A stretch of DNA of 64,000 bases from an uncultured delta proteobacterium (GTDB taxonomy: Bacteria; Desulfobacterota; RBG-13-43-22): assembly GCA_963843145.1 (NCBI GenBank), contig CAWJJC010000002.1, positions 32,001 through 96,000 on the forward strand, given 5' to 3'. The position numbers and the translations under genes were made by a program. Every line of letters begins with the position of its first letter. Within the stretch, counting starts at the first letter, position 1. This document shows positions 1-8,970 of the stretch, piece by piece. Below the pieces are notes generated by a model. The model was not told where the DNA came from, did not search any database, and saw nothing but the letters and a program-made list of their open reading frames with translations.

Positions 1-2
1 GT

Positions 3-758
3 AAAGCCCGGCCTTTCATCGCCGTCCATTGCGCCGCCCTGGCGGAAACGCTCCTGGAAAGTGAACTCTTCGGCCACGAACGGGGGGCCTTCACCGGGGC
101 GGTTGCCGCGCGCAAAGGGAGATTTGAATTGTCCGACGGAGGCACCATATTTTTGGATGAGATCGGAGAGATCCCCCCCTCCGTCCAGATAAAACTGCTC
201 CGGGTCCTCCAGGAACAGGAATTTGAACGGGTGGGGGGAAGCCAAACGATTTCCGTGGACCTTCGAATTATTTCGGCCACCAATAAAGACCTGAAGGCGG
301 AAACGGCCTCCGGTCGATTCCGGGATGATCTTTACTATCGGCTAAACGTCTTTCCCCTCAGTCTCCCTCCCTTGATAGAACGGCCGGAGGCGATTCTTCC
401 TCTGGCGGACTATTTCCTGAAAAAATTCGCCACTGCCTTTGGTAAGCAGATCACCGGGTTCACTTCGACGGCCGCCTCGGCCTTGCGACAATATGAGTGG
501 CCGGGAAATATCCGGGAGTTGCGGAATGTGATTGAACGGGCGGCAATCCTGGCTACTAAGGAGGTTGAGCCCCGTCATTTGAATATGGACTTCCAGACGG
601 AAAAGGTCCTTCCCCATGAGGGGCTGTTGCAGGCCGGGGAGCGGGAGTTGATTTCCAAAGTATTAAATGAGACCGGAGGAAATCGGAAGGCGGCCGCACA
701 AAAGCTGGGGATTTCCCTGCGGACCCTGCAATACCGAATCAAGGAGTACGGACTTTAG
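3..758 (+). CDS. sigma-54-dependent transcriptional activator (NtrC/ZraR family), 5'-partial
   Basis: Frame open from window start: [15 protein letters not shown], Walker [17 protein letters not shown] and a C-terminal Fis-type HTH ([20 protein letters not shown]). Confidence 0.95.
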   Translation, partial: KARPFIAVHCAALAETLLESELFGHERGAFTGAVAARKGRFELSDGGTIFLDEIGEIPPSVQIKLLRVLQEQEFERVGGSQTISVDLRIISATNKDLKAETASGRFRDDLYYRLNVFPLSLPPLIERPEAILPLADYFLKKFATAFGKQITGFTSTAASALRQYEWPGNIRELRNVIERAAILATKEVEPRHLNMDFQTEKVLPHEGLLQAGERELISKVLNETGGNRKAAAQKLGISLRTLQYRIKEYGL

Positions 759-764
759 TACTCG

Positions 765-798
765 TGCAACTCTTGCGAGGTCAGGTGCAAAAGCTGCA
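765..798 (+). promoter_or_regulatory. tandem enhancer-like sites (putative UAS for a sigma-54 activator)
   Basis: TGCAACTCTTGCG (765-777) and TGCAAAAGCTGCA (786-798), 21 bp apart and about 100 bp upstream of a -24/-12 promoter. Confidence 0.55.
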
Positions 799-883
799 TT
801 TTCTTGAGAGGATTTTCGCGCCTCAATGGGCGGGTTAACTAATAATAGTAACAATTTTAGTAAATTATATTACATTTTCCAGT

Positions 884-899
884 TGGCACTCCTTTTGCT
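884..899 (+). promoter_or_regulatory. sigma-54 (-24/-12) promoter
   Basis: TGGCAC-TCCTT-TTGCT with exact GG-N10-GC spacing, preceded by an AT-rich tract. Confidence 0.85.
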
Positions 900-942
900 C
901 TTTATCTGGGTAAACATAAACCTGAATAAGGAGGAAAAAAAA

Positions 943-1239
943 ATGAAAAGCAAACTGATGGTTTCCCTGGCAGCCGGAGCGCTAATGATTACCACCGTCC
1001 TTCCGCTGGGCGTCCAGGCCGGAAGAGGGAACGGATCGATGAGGGGTGCCCAAGTGCAGACTCGTACTCAGACGCCGATCCAGCAACGCCTGCGCGACGG
1101 CTCTTGCATCAATCCGGTCGGTGCCCAGGCCGGCTCCGGACTGAGGAAGGGAAGGGGCTATGGCCCCGGTGACGGAACCGGTAACAGGGGCGTACGCCCC
1201 CTGGATGGCAGCGGATACGGCGCGCCGGTTAACCGGTAA
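943..1239 (+). CDS. small exported Gly-rich protein (RLRDGSC / GPGDGTG motifs)
   Basis: RBS AGGAGG, ATG at 943, signal peptide ending VQA, low-complexity Gly-rich mature part. Confidence 0.8.
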   Translation: MKSKLMVSLAAGALMITTVLPLGVQAGRGNGSMRGAQVQTRTQTPIQQRLRDGSCINPVGAQAGSGLRKGRGYGPGDGTGNRGVRPLDGSGYGAPVNR

Positions 1240-1255
1240 GTTGTGCATCCCAGGC

Positions 1256-1298
1256 GCTGGAGCAAGGCGAACTCATCGCCCTGCTCCAGCCCTTTTAT
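1256..1298 (+). terminator. intrinsic terminator
   Basis: GCTGGAGCA..GGCGA / TCGCC..TGCTCCAGC stem followed by CCTTTTAT. Confidence 0.7.
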
Positions 1299-1319
1299 TA
1301 GGATCGCTATGGTCAGGCC

Positions 1320-2268
1320 ATGCAAAATAAACGCCCCTACCGATTAGGTGAATACCGGATTACGGATTATGAAAATGGAAGGTTAACCTGGGAAGGACAC
1401 ATCGGTTTTGGAGTACAACAACGGGGGAATGGCTACATTCTGGGTGACGTACTTCTTCTTGGGCTGGCGAGCCAAGCAGAAAACGGTTTTTTGATCGGAG
1501 AGTTTCTTAACCATTTGAAAAAAATGGCGGTCTGGGAGAAAACCCGTTATTATTGCCATACTTCCGAATTATTGGAGACGGCGACCGGCCTGGGGCTGAG
1601 CGAAGATTTTCTAAACAGGGTTTCGTTTTTAGAGAAAATGACCCCCCGGGTTCTAAAACCCGGGATGTTCCGCCTGGGGAAATATCGGATCATCGTCACC
1701 GCCGACCATAAAGTAGTATGGCAAACGTCCGGTGGGGTTAATCGTGTCGTGGGTGGACCGGGCCGTGTCGAATCCGGCTTGCTCATCCTCGGCCCCCAGG
1801 AGGAAGACGAAGAAGGGCCAAGAAAACGGGATCTTCTGGATCAGTTAAGCCAGTTGCCTAAGTGGGATCCAAACCCAAGTCTGGTGCCGGGAATCCGTGT
1901 TGCGGGAATGCCGAGAGCCGCAACCGGCAGTCAGGTTCAAGGAACAGTTGAAAGTCCGAACCGCCGGGATAATGCGCGCCGCTAGGAAGGGGCCCGAGGC
2001 AATCCCGCAAAACCGATCCAAAGAAACCTTTAGACGATTTTTCACTTTTAACTGGAAGTCGTTAAAATCCTATTTGCCGCGGTTGCATTGGCCATTCCGT
2101 TTTCATGGTCGGAAACCAACCTGGCCCTGGCCGTTGGGAAAAAAATCTTGGTTGATTGGGCTGATCCTGTTGGTCTTATCCGGCCTGGTGTTTGGTATTG
2201 CGGTGACCTTCGAATCGTTGGAAAAAATGTGGGCTGGGTCTCATGGACATAAGAAACATCATCATTAG
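1320..2268 (+). CDS. hypothetical membrane-anchored protein with two tandem homologous domains (frameshift near 1870)
   Basis: ORFs 1320-1985 and 1897-2268 join at KWD/QTQVWC. YRLGEYRI..WEKTRYYC parallels FRLGKYRI..WDQTQVWC. C-terminal TM helix and His-rich tail. Confidence 0.6.
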
Positions 2269-2305
2269 ACCTCTGGTAAGACGAGGAGATCCTGTTGCCG
2301 GTCCG

Positions 2306-2354
2306 ATTCCATATTAGATTTCATGCCCGCGCGGGTATTCCGAGGCATGAACAT
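2306..2354 (-). repeat. ~50-bp ATTTTCAT...ATGAAAAT mini-element (degenerate copy)
   Basis: attccatattagatttcatgcccgcgcgggtattccgaggcatgaacat matches the copies at 2500, 4666, 8920 and 21118. Confidence 0.55.
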
Positions 2355-2431
2355 CTGGATTGCCCGGCAAGAGGGTAGTCTGGATGAGCGAAGCGAGACC
2401 CGCAATCCATGGCCGATTAAGGCTCCAAGGC

Positions 2432-2460
2432 CCTGGATCCCGGATCGAGTCCGGGATGAC
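2432..2460 (-). repeat. REP-like palindrome (GTCATCCCGGACTCGATCCGGGATCCAGG family)
   Basis: Reverse complement of the copy at 34488; related copies at 11711, 20349 and 21013. Confidence 0.85.
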
Positions 2461-2499
2461 GGCAAAAACAAAACGCCTAAAAAGCGGTGTTCGATTCTT

Positions 2500-2551
2500 A
2501 TTTACATACCAAAATCCCATACCCCTTGGGGCACCCACAAAGCATGAAAAT
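2500..2551 (-). repeat. ~50-bp ATTTTCAT...ATGAAAAT mini-element
   Basis: atttacataccaaaatcccataccccttggggcacccacaaagcatgaaaat. Confidence 0.65.
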
Positions 2552-2558
2552 CCAGGCT

Positions 2559-2648
2559 TGTCATCCTGAGCAACGCGAAGGATCTCGTCCTTCAAGGGCT
2601 AAGCTTTCCAGGGGGATTCTTCAGTCGCTCTGCTCCTTCAGAATGACA
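2559..2648. repeat. REP-like double hairpin (GTCATCCTGAG...CAGAATGAC)
   Basis: Inverted tgtcatcctga / tcagaatgaca ends with internal hairpins. Confidence 0.8.
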
Positions 2649-2666
2649 GTTGCCGGTTATTTTCAT

Positions 2667-3221
2667 ATTAAACGGATAGGGAACAGGACGTCCGTCGTGG
2701 CCCTGCTCGCCCTGATGGGGGGAGTCTTTTTTTTCTTGATTATGGCGGGCTCCCTCAGGGCCGAGGAAAAGGATTCGATCTTCGGTGAGAGCGGCATTCA
2801 TTATCCGGGGGGGTTTGATTCGAATACGGTTGGTGAGGTACAGGGGAAAGCTTCACATTTCACCCGTCCTGAAAAGGGCCCGGTGTATTTTCAATTGACC
2901 TCGGGCCGTGAAAACTTTACTGTTTTGGCTTCCCCCGCCTGGTACTGGAACGATTCCCACCTTAAAGTCAGTGACGGAACGGAAGTGGTCATCCGGGGAT
3001 CCAAGTCCTACGGTAAAGACGGCCGTCTTTATATCATAGCCCAGGAAATACGCCTTCCGGCCACCGGCCAGACGGTGAGTCTTCGGGAGCCGAACGGGAT
3101 TCCCCTGTGGAAGGGCTCCGGACGTTCCTCCGGGGGAGGATCGGGGGGATTCGGTTCTTCTTCGGGCGGAAGAGGCGGGTTTGGAGGCGGCTTCGGCGGC
3201 GGAGGCCGAGGGCGGCGATAG
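2667..3221 (+). CDS. exported OB-fold-like protein (MamS/MamX-like domain) with Gly-rich tail; start codon uncertain
   Basis: Signal peptide KRIGNRTSVVALL..SLRA; ASPAWYW..VVIRGSK..IIAQEI..LREPNGIPLW pattern. The frame stays open upstream through the repeats to 2487. Confidence 0.65.
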   Translation: MKRIGNRTSVVALLALMGGVFFFLIMAGSLRAEEKDSIFGESGIHYPGGFDSNTVGEVQGKASHFTRPEKGPVYFQLTSGRENFTVLASPAWYWNDSHLKVSDGTEVVIRGSKSYGKDGRLYIIAQEIRLPATGQTVSLREPNGIPLWKGSGRSSGGGSGGFGSSSGGRGGFGGGFGGGGRGRR

Positions 3222-3232
3222 GCTGGAATCTA

Positions 3233-3290
3233 TAAATCCGAAATCGAAGCACGAAATTCGAAACAAGCACGAAGGTCCAAAATCCAAGCA
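3233..3290 (+). repeat. heptamer-repeat arm (CGAAATC/CGAAGCA family), single arm
   Basis: aaatccgaaatcgaagcacgaaattcgaaacaagcacgaag; same family as 10203 and 52161. Confidence 0.8.
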
Positions 3291-3298
3291 GGGATGAA

Positions 3299-3573
3299 TG
3301 GCGTGTACGAGTAAGTGTACGAGTAGGGACCCCACAATGAGCAAGCTGTTTGATCATGAGCATCTGAGAGTCTATCAGGGGGCAATAGAATTCTTAGCCT
3401 GGTTGGAAGGTGTGGTTCCGAACATCAAGAGAAGCATCTCCGCTCGTGATCATCTGGCCAGGGCTTCGTCCGGCGTTCCCGTGAACATCGCCGAGGCCAG
3501 CGGGAAGCTATCGGTGAACGAGCGGCGTCAATTCATCGACACCGCCTACTCGTACGCGTACTCGTACACGCCA
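3299..3573 (+). mobile_element. inverted-repeat-bounded four-helix-bundle cassette
   Basis: Left arm tggcgtgtacgagtaagtgtacgagtagg (3299-3327) and right arm cctactcgtacgcgtactcgtacacgcca (3545-3573) are near-perfect reverse complements. Confidence 0.7.
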
Positions 3574-3657
3574 ATCTCTCTTGCAGCATTGGCAAAGGGG
3601 TCAGGCATGCACCGATTCAGGGCCAACAAATTCTGCGGCGGAGACATTTTGGGTTAG
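3337..3657 (+). pseudogene. four helix bundle protein (23S rRNA-IVP / bAvd-like family), C-terminally truncated
   Basis: FDHEHLRVYQ..RDHLARASSGVPVNIAEASGK..ERRQFIDTAY; family-like sequence stops at ~3550, where the right inverted repeat begins. Confidence 0.8.
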
Positions 3658-3681
3658 ATTTATAGTAGAGAGGATTCATCC

Positions 3682-4524
3682 ATGAAAAACAAACGACCGA
3701 TGACGTTGGTTTTAGTGGTAGGAATTTTGTTGCTTCTTCAGTCCTTGGCCCTGGCCGGATGGGACTGGGAGACCGGAGGCAAAGCGGGATACGATTCCAA
3801 TCTTGATCGGGCGGTCCACAATCCCCAGGGAAGCGGTTATCTGGGCGCGTATTTCTCGGTTAACCGGGAACCGGAAGGGGAGTCCCGGTTGGACTGGATC
3901 TTTTCGGCTCTGGCGGATGGGGCGGTTTATCCCAATTTGAGCGATTTGAATTACGCGGCTTTTACCGTGGCGCCGGGCTTGGCCTATTATCTACACAAGG
4001 ATTGGAGTGTCGCCGTTTCACCTTTCCTGCAGGCTAAAAGCATCGCGGATGCCGATCAGTCGGCCCTGGCTTTCGGCGGGAAACTCCTGTTTAAACAAAA
4101 GTGGGGAGCTGGCTTTTACTCCGGCGAGTATTACTCTTATAAAGACAGTCGGGCGCAGGTGGATACTTATTCTTTTACCGAAAACACGCTGGGACTTTTT
4201 CTGGGGCGGAAATTGACGGCCAAAGCCTTTGGAGAGGTGGGGTATGAATTTTCCAGGGGAGATTCTTTTCGGGCGGTTAACCAATCGAAGGCTGACCCTA
4301 CTGCCAAAGGGAAGGGGATAGGAAGAGACCGCCGTTTTTCCCCGGCCTTTGGAACCGACGTGATCCGGGAAAATGTGGACCGTCATGCCCTGGGGTTGAA
4401 CGTGGGTTATGACTGGACCGCCGCCTTTTTTTCTTCAGCCGGCTATACCTACACTACCCTCCAGGGTGACTCAGGCAGCTCCAATGATCATGCCGTCTGG
4501 GCCAGCCTCGGCTACCGGTTTTAA
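3682..4524 (+). CDS. outer-membrane beta-barrel protein
   Basis: Signal peptide (ALA), alternating aromatic beta strands, C-terminal LGYRF barrel signal. Confidence 0.8.
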   Translation: MKNKRPMTLVLVVGILLLLQSLALAGWDWETGGKAGYDSNLDRAVHNPQGSGYLGAYFSVNREPEGESRLDWIFSALADGAVYPNLSDLNYAAFTVAPGLAYYLHKDWSVAVSPFLQAKSIADADQSALAFGGKLLFKQKWGAGFYSGEYYSYKDSRAQVDTYSFTENTLGLFLGRKLTAKAFGEVGYEFSRGDSFRAVNQSKADPTAKGKGIGRDRRFSPAFGTDVIRENVDRHALGLNVGYDWTAAFFSSAGYTYTTLQGDSGSSNDHAVWASLGYRF

Positions 4525-4545
4525 TCCAAGAATAGCTCCAGCCCG

Positions 4546-4644
4546 CGTCATTGCGAGCGGAGCGAAGCAATCCCCGTCCACAGCTTAGAGAAAGGCGGAA
4601 GCCAGTTGGGGGATTGCTTCGTCGCTCCACTCCTCGCAATGACG
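4546..4644. repeat. REP-like double hairpin (GTCATTGCGAG...CTCGCAATGAC)
   Basis: Inverted arms gtcattgcgag..cgaagcaatccc / gggattgcttcg..ctcgcaatgac; related to the hairpin at 29427. Confidence 0.85.
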
Positions 4645-4665
4645 TTTTTTCCGGCGGGTCATTGT

Positions 4666-4880
4666 ATTTTCAGGCTTCGGGGTTCCCGCCCCGGGCCAGA
4701 GGATTTAGTATGTAAATAAGACTCTATGACCTGCAAAAAGGCCAATAATCAATAATCAATTGATAATTAACAATTAACAATTGATTATTGATTATTGATA
4801 TCATTCGGTTAGGGAGTTCTCTCGCCCCTTTTATTTGCCTCCATCACGGGTTCCCGCCCCGGGACTGCGGGTTCAAGAAG
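4666..4880 (+). repeat. composite miniature element: ATTTTCA-element + AATAATC heptamer palindrome + degenerate second end
   Basis: 4730-4832 is highly similar to 8823-8919; central palindrome aataatcaataatcaattg...caattgattattgattatt. Confidence 0.75.
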
Positions 4881-5001
4881 AAACCTCTCTTTCCTTCAGC
4901 CACGTTGTTTTTTAATTGAAAAGGCCGATTGACCGGTTTATTCTTGGGAACTCTGCGGCCGGGTTGGTTATTTTCCAAATCGGTTCGTGGGAGAGCACCC
5001 A

Positions 5002-5915
5002 ATGGATATAAAACAAAAAGCCTCTTTATTCGCCATAGGTTCCGCCTGTATTCTGGCCGGCAGTAAATTTTCCGCCGGACTGCTTTCCGGTTCCATGGCC
5101 GTGGCCTCCTCCGGGCTGGACAGTCTTTTAGACGTTTTTATGTCCGCCATGAATTTCTGGGCCATCCGCAAGGCCGCCGAGCCACCGGATCAAATCCATC
5201 AGTATGGCCACGGCAAAGCGGAGAACCTGGCCGCGGTGTTCCAGTCGGCGGTGATCATTTTTACCGGGTCCTGGATTATTTACCAGGCCGGGCAAAAATA
5301 TTTTCTCCAGACGGCGATCCATTATACCCGGCTTGATCTGGGGGTCATGGTCCTTTCCCTGGTTTTCAGTTTTTTTATCTCTCGGGTGCTGGGCCGGGTG
5401 GGTCGAAAAACGGAATCCGGCGCCCTCCAGGCCGATGCCCTTCATTATACCAGCGATCTCTATTCCAATTCCGCGGCGATCCTGGCCATCATCCTCACCT
5501 ATTACACCGGCCGGATGGCCTTTGATCTGCTTTTCGCCGCGGTGGTCGGCCTGATTATCCTGTTTTCCGCTTTGCAGATTTTAAAAAGCGGGTTGCTCGG
5601 CCTCATGGATACCCGGATTCCGGAGCCCCTGGAACGGCAAATCCTGGATATCCTCGGTCAACTTCATTTCCCTACGCCGGCTATCATAAATTGAGGACCC
5701 GGCTTTCCGGTAACCGAAAATATTTGGATTTTCATTTGTTTATTTGCCGGAAATTGAATATTGATGAAGCCCACGCCCAGACGGAAAAGACGAAAGATGC
5801 CATTATTGAACAGATACCCAACACCGACGTCCTGATTCATACCGAACCCTGCCCCTATACCTGCGAGCTGACCGATCTTACCTGTAGTGTAAAGAAAATT
5901 GAAGGAAGAGTTTGA
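5002..5915 (+). CDS. cation diffusion facilitator (FieF-like), frameshift near 5665
   Basis: SGLDSLLD, PPDQIHQYGHGKAE, ADALHYTSD; the C-terminal RTRLSG..DFHL..DVLIHTEP lies in a second frame. Confidence 0.9.
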
Positions 5916-5941
5916 CAAGTATTCCATCTTTTTGATAGAGT
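5912..5941 (+). promoter_or_regulatory. sigma-70-type promoter
   Basis: TTGACA, 18-bp spacer, extended TGn-TAGAGT upstream of the aminotransferase. Confidence 0.5.
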
Positions 5942-6002
5942 TTTTGCGAAGTTATCATCTAACCAAAAATATTGGAATTATGGGTTCACTGGAGGTGTTT
6001 CC

Positions 6003-7178
6003 ATGGAAGATTTAGGTCGTTTAGACCGCCTGCCCCCCTATGTTTTTGCCACGGTGACCGCTCTCAAGGCGGATCTGCGGCGCCAGGGGGAAGATATCAT
6101 TGATCTGGGGATGGGAAATCCGGATCTGGCTACTCCCAAACACATCGTGGATAAATTGCGGGAGGCCGCCCTGAAGGCCCCCAACCACCGCTATTCAGCT
6201 TCCAAGGGGATCACCAAACTGCGGATGGCTATCTGCGACTGGTATAAACGGCGGTACCAGGTGGAACTGGACCCGGAATCGGAGGCCATCGTCACCATCG
6301 GGGCCAAGGAGGGGATCTCCCACCTGGTCCTGGCCATCACCAAACCGGGAGACGTGGTCCTGGCCCCCAACCCGACGTATCCCATCCACCCCTTTTCGGC
6401 CATTATCGCCGGTGGGGATTTACGCAGCATCCCTTTGGGCCCGGACCGGGACTTTTTCGAAGACCTGCAGACGGCTATCCGGCAGACCTGGCCCAAGCCC
6501 AAGCTGCTGATTCTTTCGTTCCCCCACAATCCGACCACCGCGGTGGTGGACCTGGATTTTTTCAAGAAGGTGGTGGCCATCGCCCGGGAAAATCAGATCT
6601 GGGTCATCCATGACTTCGCCTACGCCGATCTGGTCTTCGACGGCTACAAGGCCCCCAGCTTGTTGCAGGTACCCGGGGCCAAGGAAATCGGGGTGGAGCT
6701 CTTTTCCCTGTCCAAGAGCTACAGCATGGCCGGTTGGCGGGTGGGTTTCGCGGTGGGCAATCCCCGCCTGATTTACGCCCTGACCCGGATCAAGAGCTAC
6801 CTGGATTACGGGGTCTTCCAGCCTATCCAAATCGCCGCGATCATCGCCCTGAACGGACCCCAGGAATGCGTCCAGGAAATCGTTTCCATTTATAAGGAAC
6901 GACGGGACGTCCTCATCCGGGGGTTGAATCGGATCGGCTGGAAGATCGAAAAGCCGAAGGGGACCATGTTTGTCTGGGCCAAAATCCCGGAGCCTTTTCG
7001 CGGCATGGGATCGGTGGAATTTTCCAAGTACCTGATCCGGGAAGGGAAGGTGGCCGTTTCCCCCGGTCGCGGCTTCGGGGACTTCGGGGATGATCACGTC
7101 CGTTTTGCCCTGGTGGAAAACCCCCATCGGATCAAACAGGCCCTGCGGGGGATTAAGACGGCGCTGAATAAGAAGTAA
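6003..7178 (+). CDS. class I/II PLP aminotransferase (AlaC-like)
   Basis: [42 protein letters not shown]. Confidence 0.9.
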   Translation: MEDLGRLDRLPPYVFATVTALKADLRRQGEDIIDLGMGNPDLATPKHIVDKLREAALKAPNHRYSASKGITKLRMAICDWYKRRYQVELDPESEAIVTIGAKEGISHLVLAITKPGDVVLAPNPTYPIHPFSAIIAGGDLRSIPLGPDRDFFEDLQTAIRQTWPKPKLLILSFPHNPTTAVVDLDFFKKVVAIARENQIWVIHDFAYADLVFDGYKAPSLLQVPGAKEIGVELFSLSKSYSMAGWRVGFAVGNPRLIYALTRIKSYLDYGVFQPIQIAAIIALNGPQECVQEIVSIYKERRDVLIRGLNRIGWKIEKPKGTMFVWAKIPEPFRGMGSVEFSKYLIREGKVAVSPGRGFGDFGDDHVRFALVENPHRIKQALRGIKTALNKK

Positions 7179-7222
7179 GGGCGCGGAGCGCTAATCGTAA
7201 CGGATCCGTAAGCGATCCAAAA

Positions 7223-7289
7223 CCGTTCGCCCTGAGCTTGTCGAAGGGCAAACGATACGGCCATGCTTCGACAGGCTCAGCATGAACGG
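7223..7289. repeat. REP-like element (CCGTTCGCCCTGAGCTTGTCGAAGGG...TTCGACAGGCTCAGCATGAACGG)
   Basis: Inverted arms after the aminotransferase stop. Confidence 0.8.
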
Positions 7290-7473
7290 GATATCAGCGG
7301 TATTGTACAGCTTATTTTTGACCGGTTCTTGGCGTAAGAACTGAAAAGGAGAAGCCGGAAGGACGGCAAAGCATCAGGTATGGAAAGGCCCTATCGAAGG
7401 TCGTGTTTTTATCGTCTTATCGTTTTAACGCTCTGGCTTGCGCTAGCGCTTCGCCAATATCAAGGATGGAGCT

Positions 7474-8802
7474 ATGGAAAAAAATAAGGATATTCAAATC
7501 GGTTTGATCGGCCTGGGAACCGTGGGCACCGGGGTGGTGACCCTTCTCCGGGAGAAGGAGAGTTCCCTTCAATCCCTGACAGGGTCCCGGCTGGTTCTGA
7601 AAAAAATCGCCGACCTGGACCTTTCGCGCGGACAGGGGTTGTCCCTGCCCTCGGGGGTGTTGACCCAAAAGGCCGAGGAAATCCTGGAAGACCCGGAAAT
7701 CAGGATCGTGGTGGAGCTGATCGGCGGGTACGAACCGGCCAAATCCTTTATCTTGAAGGCCCTGTCCGCCGGGAAGCACGTGGTTACCGCCAACAAGGCC
7801 CTGCTGGCCGAGGCGGGCAATGAATTATTTCGGGCGGCCCAGGATTACGGCCGACAGATCGGTTTCGAGGCCAGCGTCTGCGGGGGCATCCCGATCATCC
7901 TGGCCCTGCGCCAGGGTCTGGTGGCCAACGAGATCGAATCCCTTTTCGGGATCATGAACGGAACATCCAATTTTATCCTCTCCCGGATGTCGGAGGAAGG
8001 GCAGGCCTACTCCCAGGCCCTGGGGGAGGCCCAAAAGCTGGGCTACGCGGAGGCCGACCCGACCCTGGACGTGGAAGGGCACGACACGGCCCATAAACTG
8101 GCCATCCTCATGCATCTGGCCTACGGGCTGCCCATGGACGTGAAGGCCATCCACACGGAAGGCATCACCCGGATCACTCCCCAGGATATCGCCTTTGCCC
8201 GGGAGTTCGGGTACCGGGTGAAACTGCTGGCCATCTGCCGGAAAGGAAACGGGTTGGTCGAGGCCCGGGTCCATCCGACCATGATTCCGACGGATCACAT
8301 GTTGTCCAACGTCTCCGGGGCCTACAACGCCCTGTTCATTCACGGCGATGCCGTGGGGGACATCCTGCTCTACGGCCTGGGGGCCGGGATGATGCCCACC
8401 GGGAGCGCGGTGGTCAGCGACCTGGTGGACATCGGCCGGAATATCAACCAGGGCATAGCCCGGCGGATACCGCGTTCCAGCGTCCCACCGGAAGAACGGG
8501 GGGCGCCGTTGGCCGTCAAGCCCTTCGAAGAGATCGAGACGCATTATTATTTTCGTATTTCCGCCCTGGACCGCCCGGGGGTGTTGTCCACGGTCTCGGG
8601 GATTCTGGGAGAGCATCAGATCAGCATCGCCTCGGTGATCCAGAAAGGCCGGGACCAGGAAGGGTCGGTGCCGATCGTCATGATGACCCACAGCGCCCGG
8701 GAAAAAGCGGCCCAGGAGGCCATCGGCCGGATCGATCAGCTCCCGGTCATCACCGACCGGACCATGATCATCCGGGTGGAGGATTCGGGGCTCATTATTT
8801 AA
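7474..8802 (+). CDS. hom: homoserine dehydrogenase with ACT domain
   Basis: GLGTVGTG, VVTANKA, FEASVCGGIP, GYAEADPTLDVEG, C-terminal DRPGVL ACT domain. Confidence 0.97.
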   Translation: MEKNKDIQIGLIGLGTVGTGVVTLLREKESSLQSLTGSRLVLKKIADLDLSRGQGLSLPSGVLTQKAEEILEDPEIRIVVELIGGYEPAKSFILKALSAGKHVVTANKALLAEAGNELFRAAQDYGRQIGFEASVCGGIPIILALRQGLVANEIESLFGIMNGTSNFILSRMSEEGQAYSQALGEAQKLGYAEADPTLDVEGHDTAHKLAILMHLAYGLPMDVKAIHTEGITRITPQDIAFAREFGYRVKLLAICRKGNGLVEARVHPTMIPTDHMLSNVSGAYNALFIHGDAVGDILLYGLGAGMMPTGSAVVSDLVDIGRNINQGIARRIPRSSVPPEERGAPLAVKPFEEIETHYYFRISALDRPGVLSTVSGILGEHQISIASVIQKGRDQEGSVPIVMMTHSAREKAAQEAIGRIDQLPVITDRTMIIRVEDSGLII

Positions 8803-8822
8803 TACGAAAAATAGCCTCTTTG

Positions 8823-8970
8823 CCCTGCAAGATGGCCAATAATCAATAATCAATTGATAATTAACAATTGATTATTGATTATTAATATCGTTCGGTTAGG
8901 GAGTTTTCTTCCCCTTTTTGTTTTGATGTTTCGTGGGCGCCCCTCTGGGCATGAAGGTTTATCGTGAAAT
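8823..8970 (+). repeat. composite miniature element (AATAATC palindrome + ~50-bp element ending in GTGAAAT)
   Basis: Homologous to 4730-4880; its end overlaps the GTG start of apgM. Confidence 0.75.

Noticed and set aside
2667-3221. Magnetosome gene island
   Set aside because: Only a generic MamS/MamX-like OB domain and an ordinary CDF; no other mam genes.
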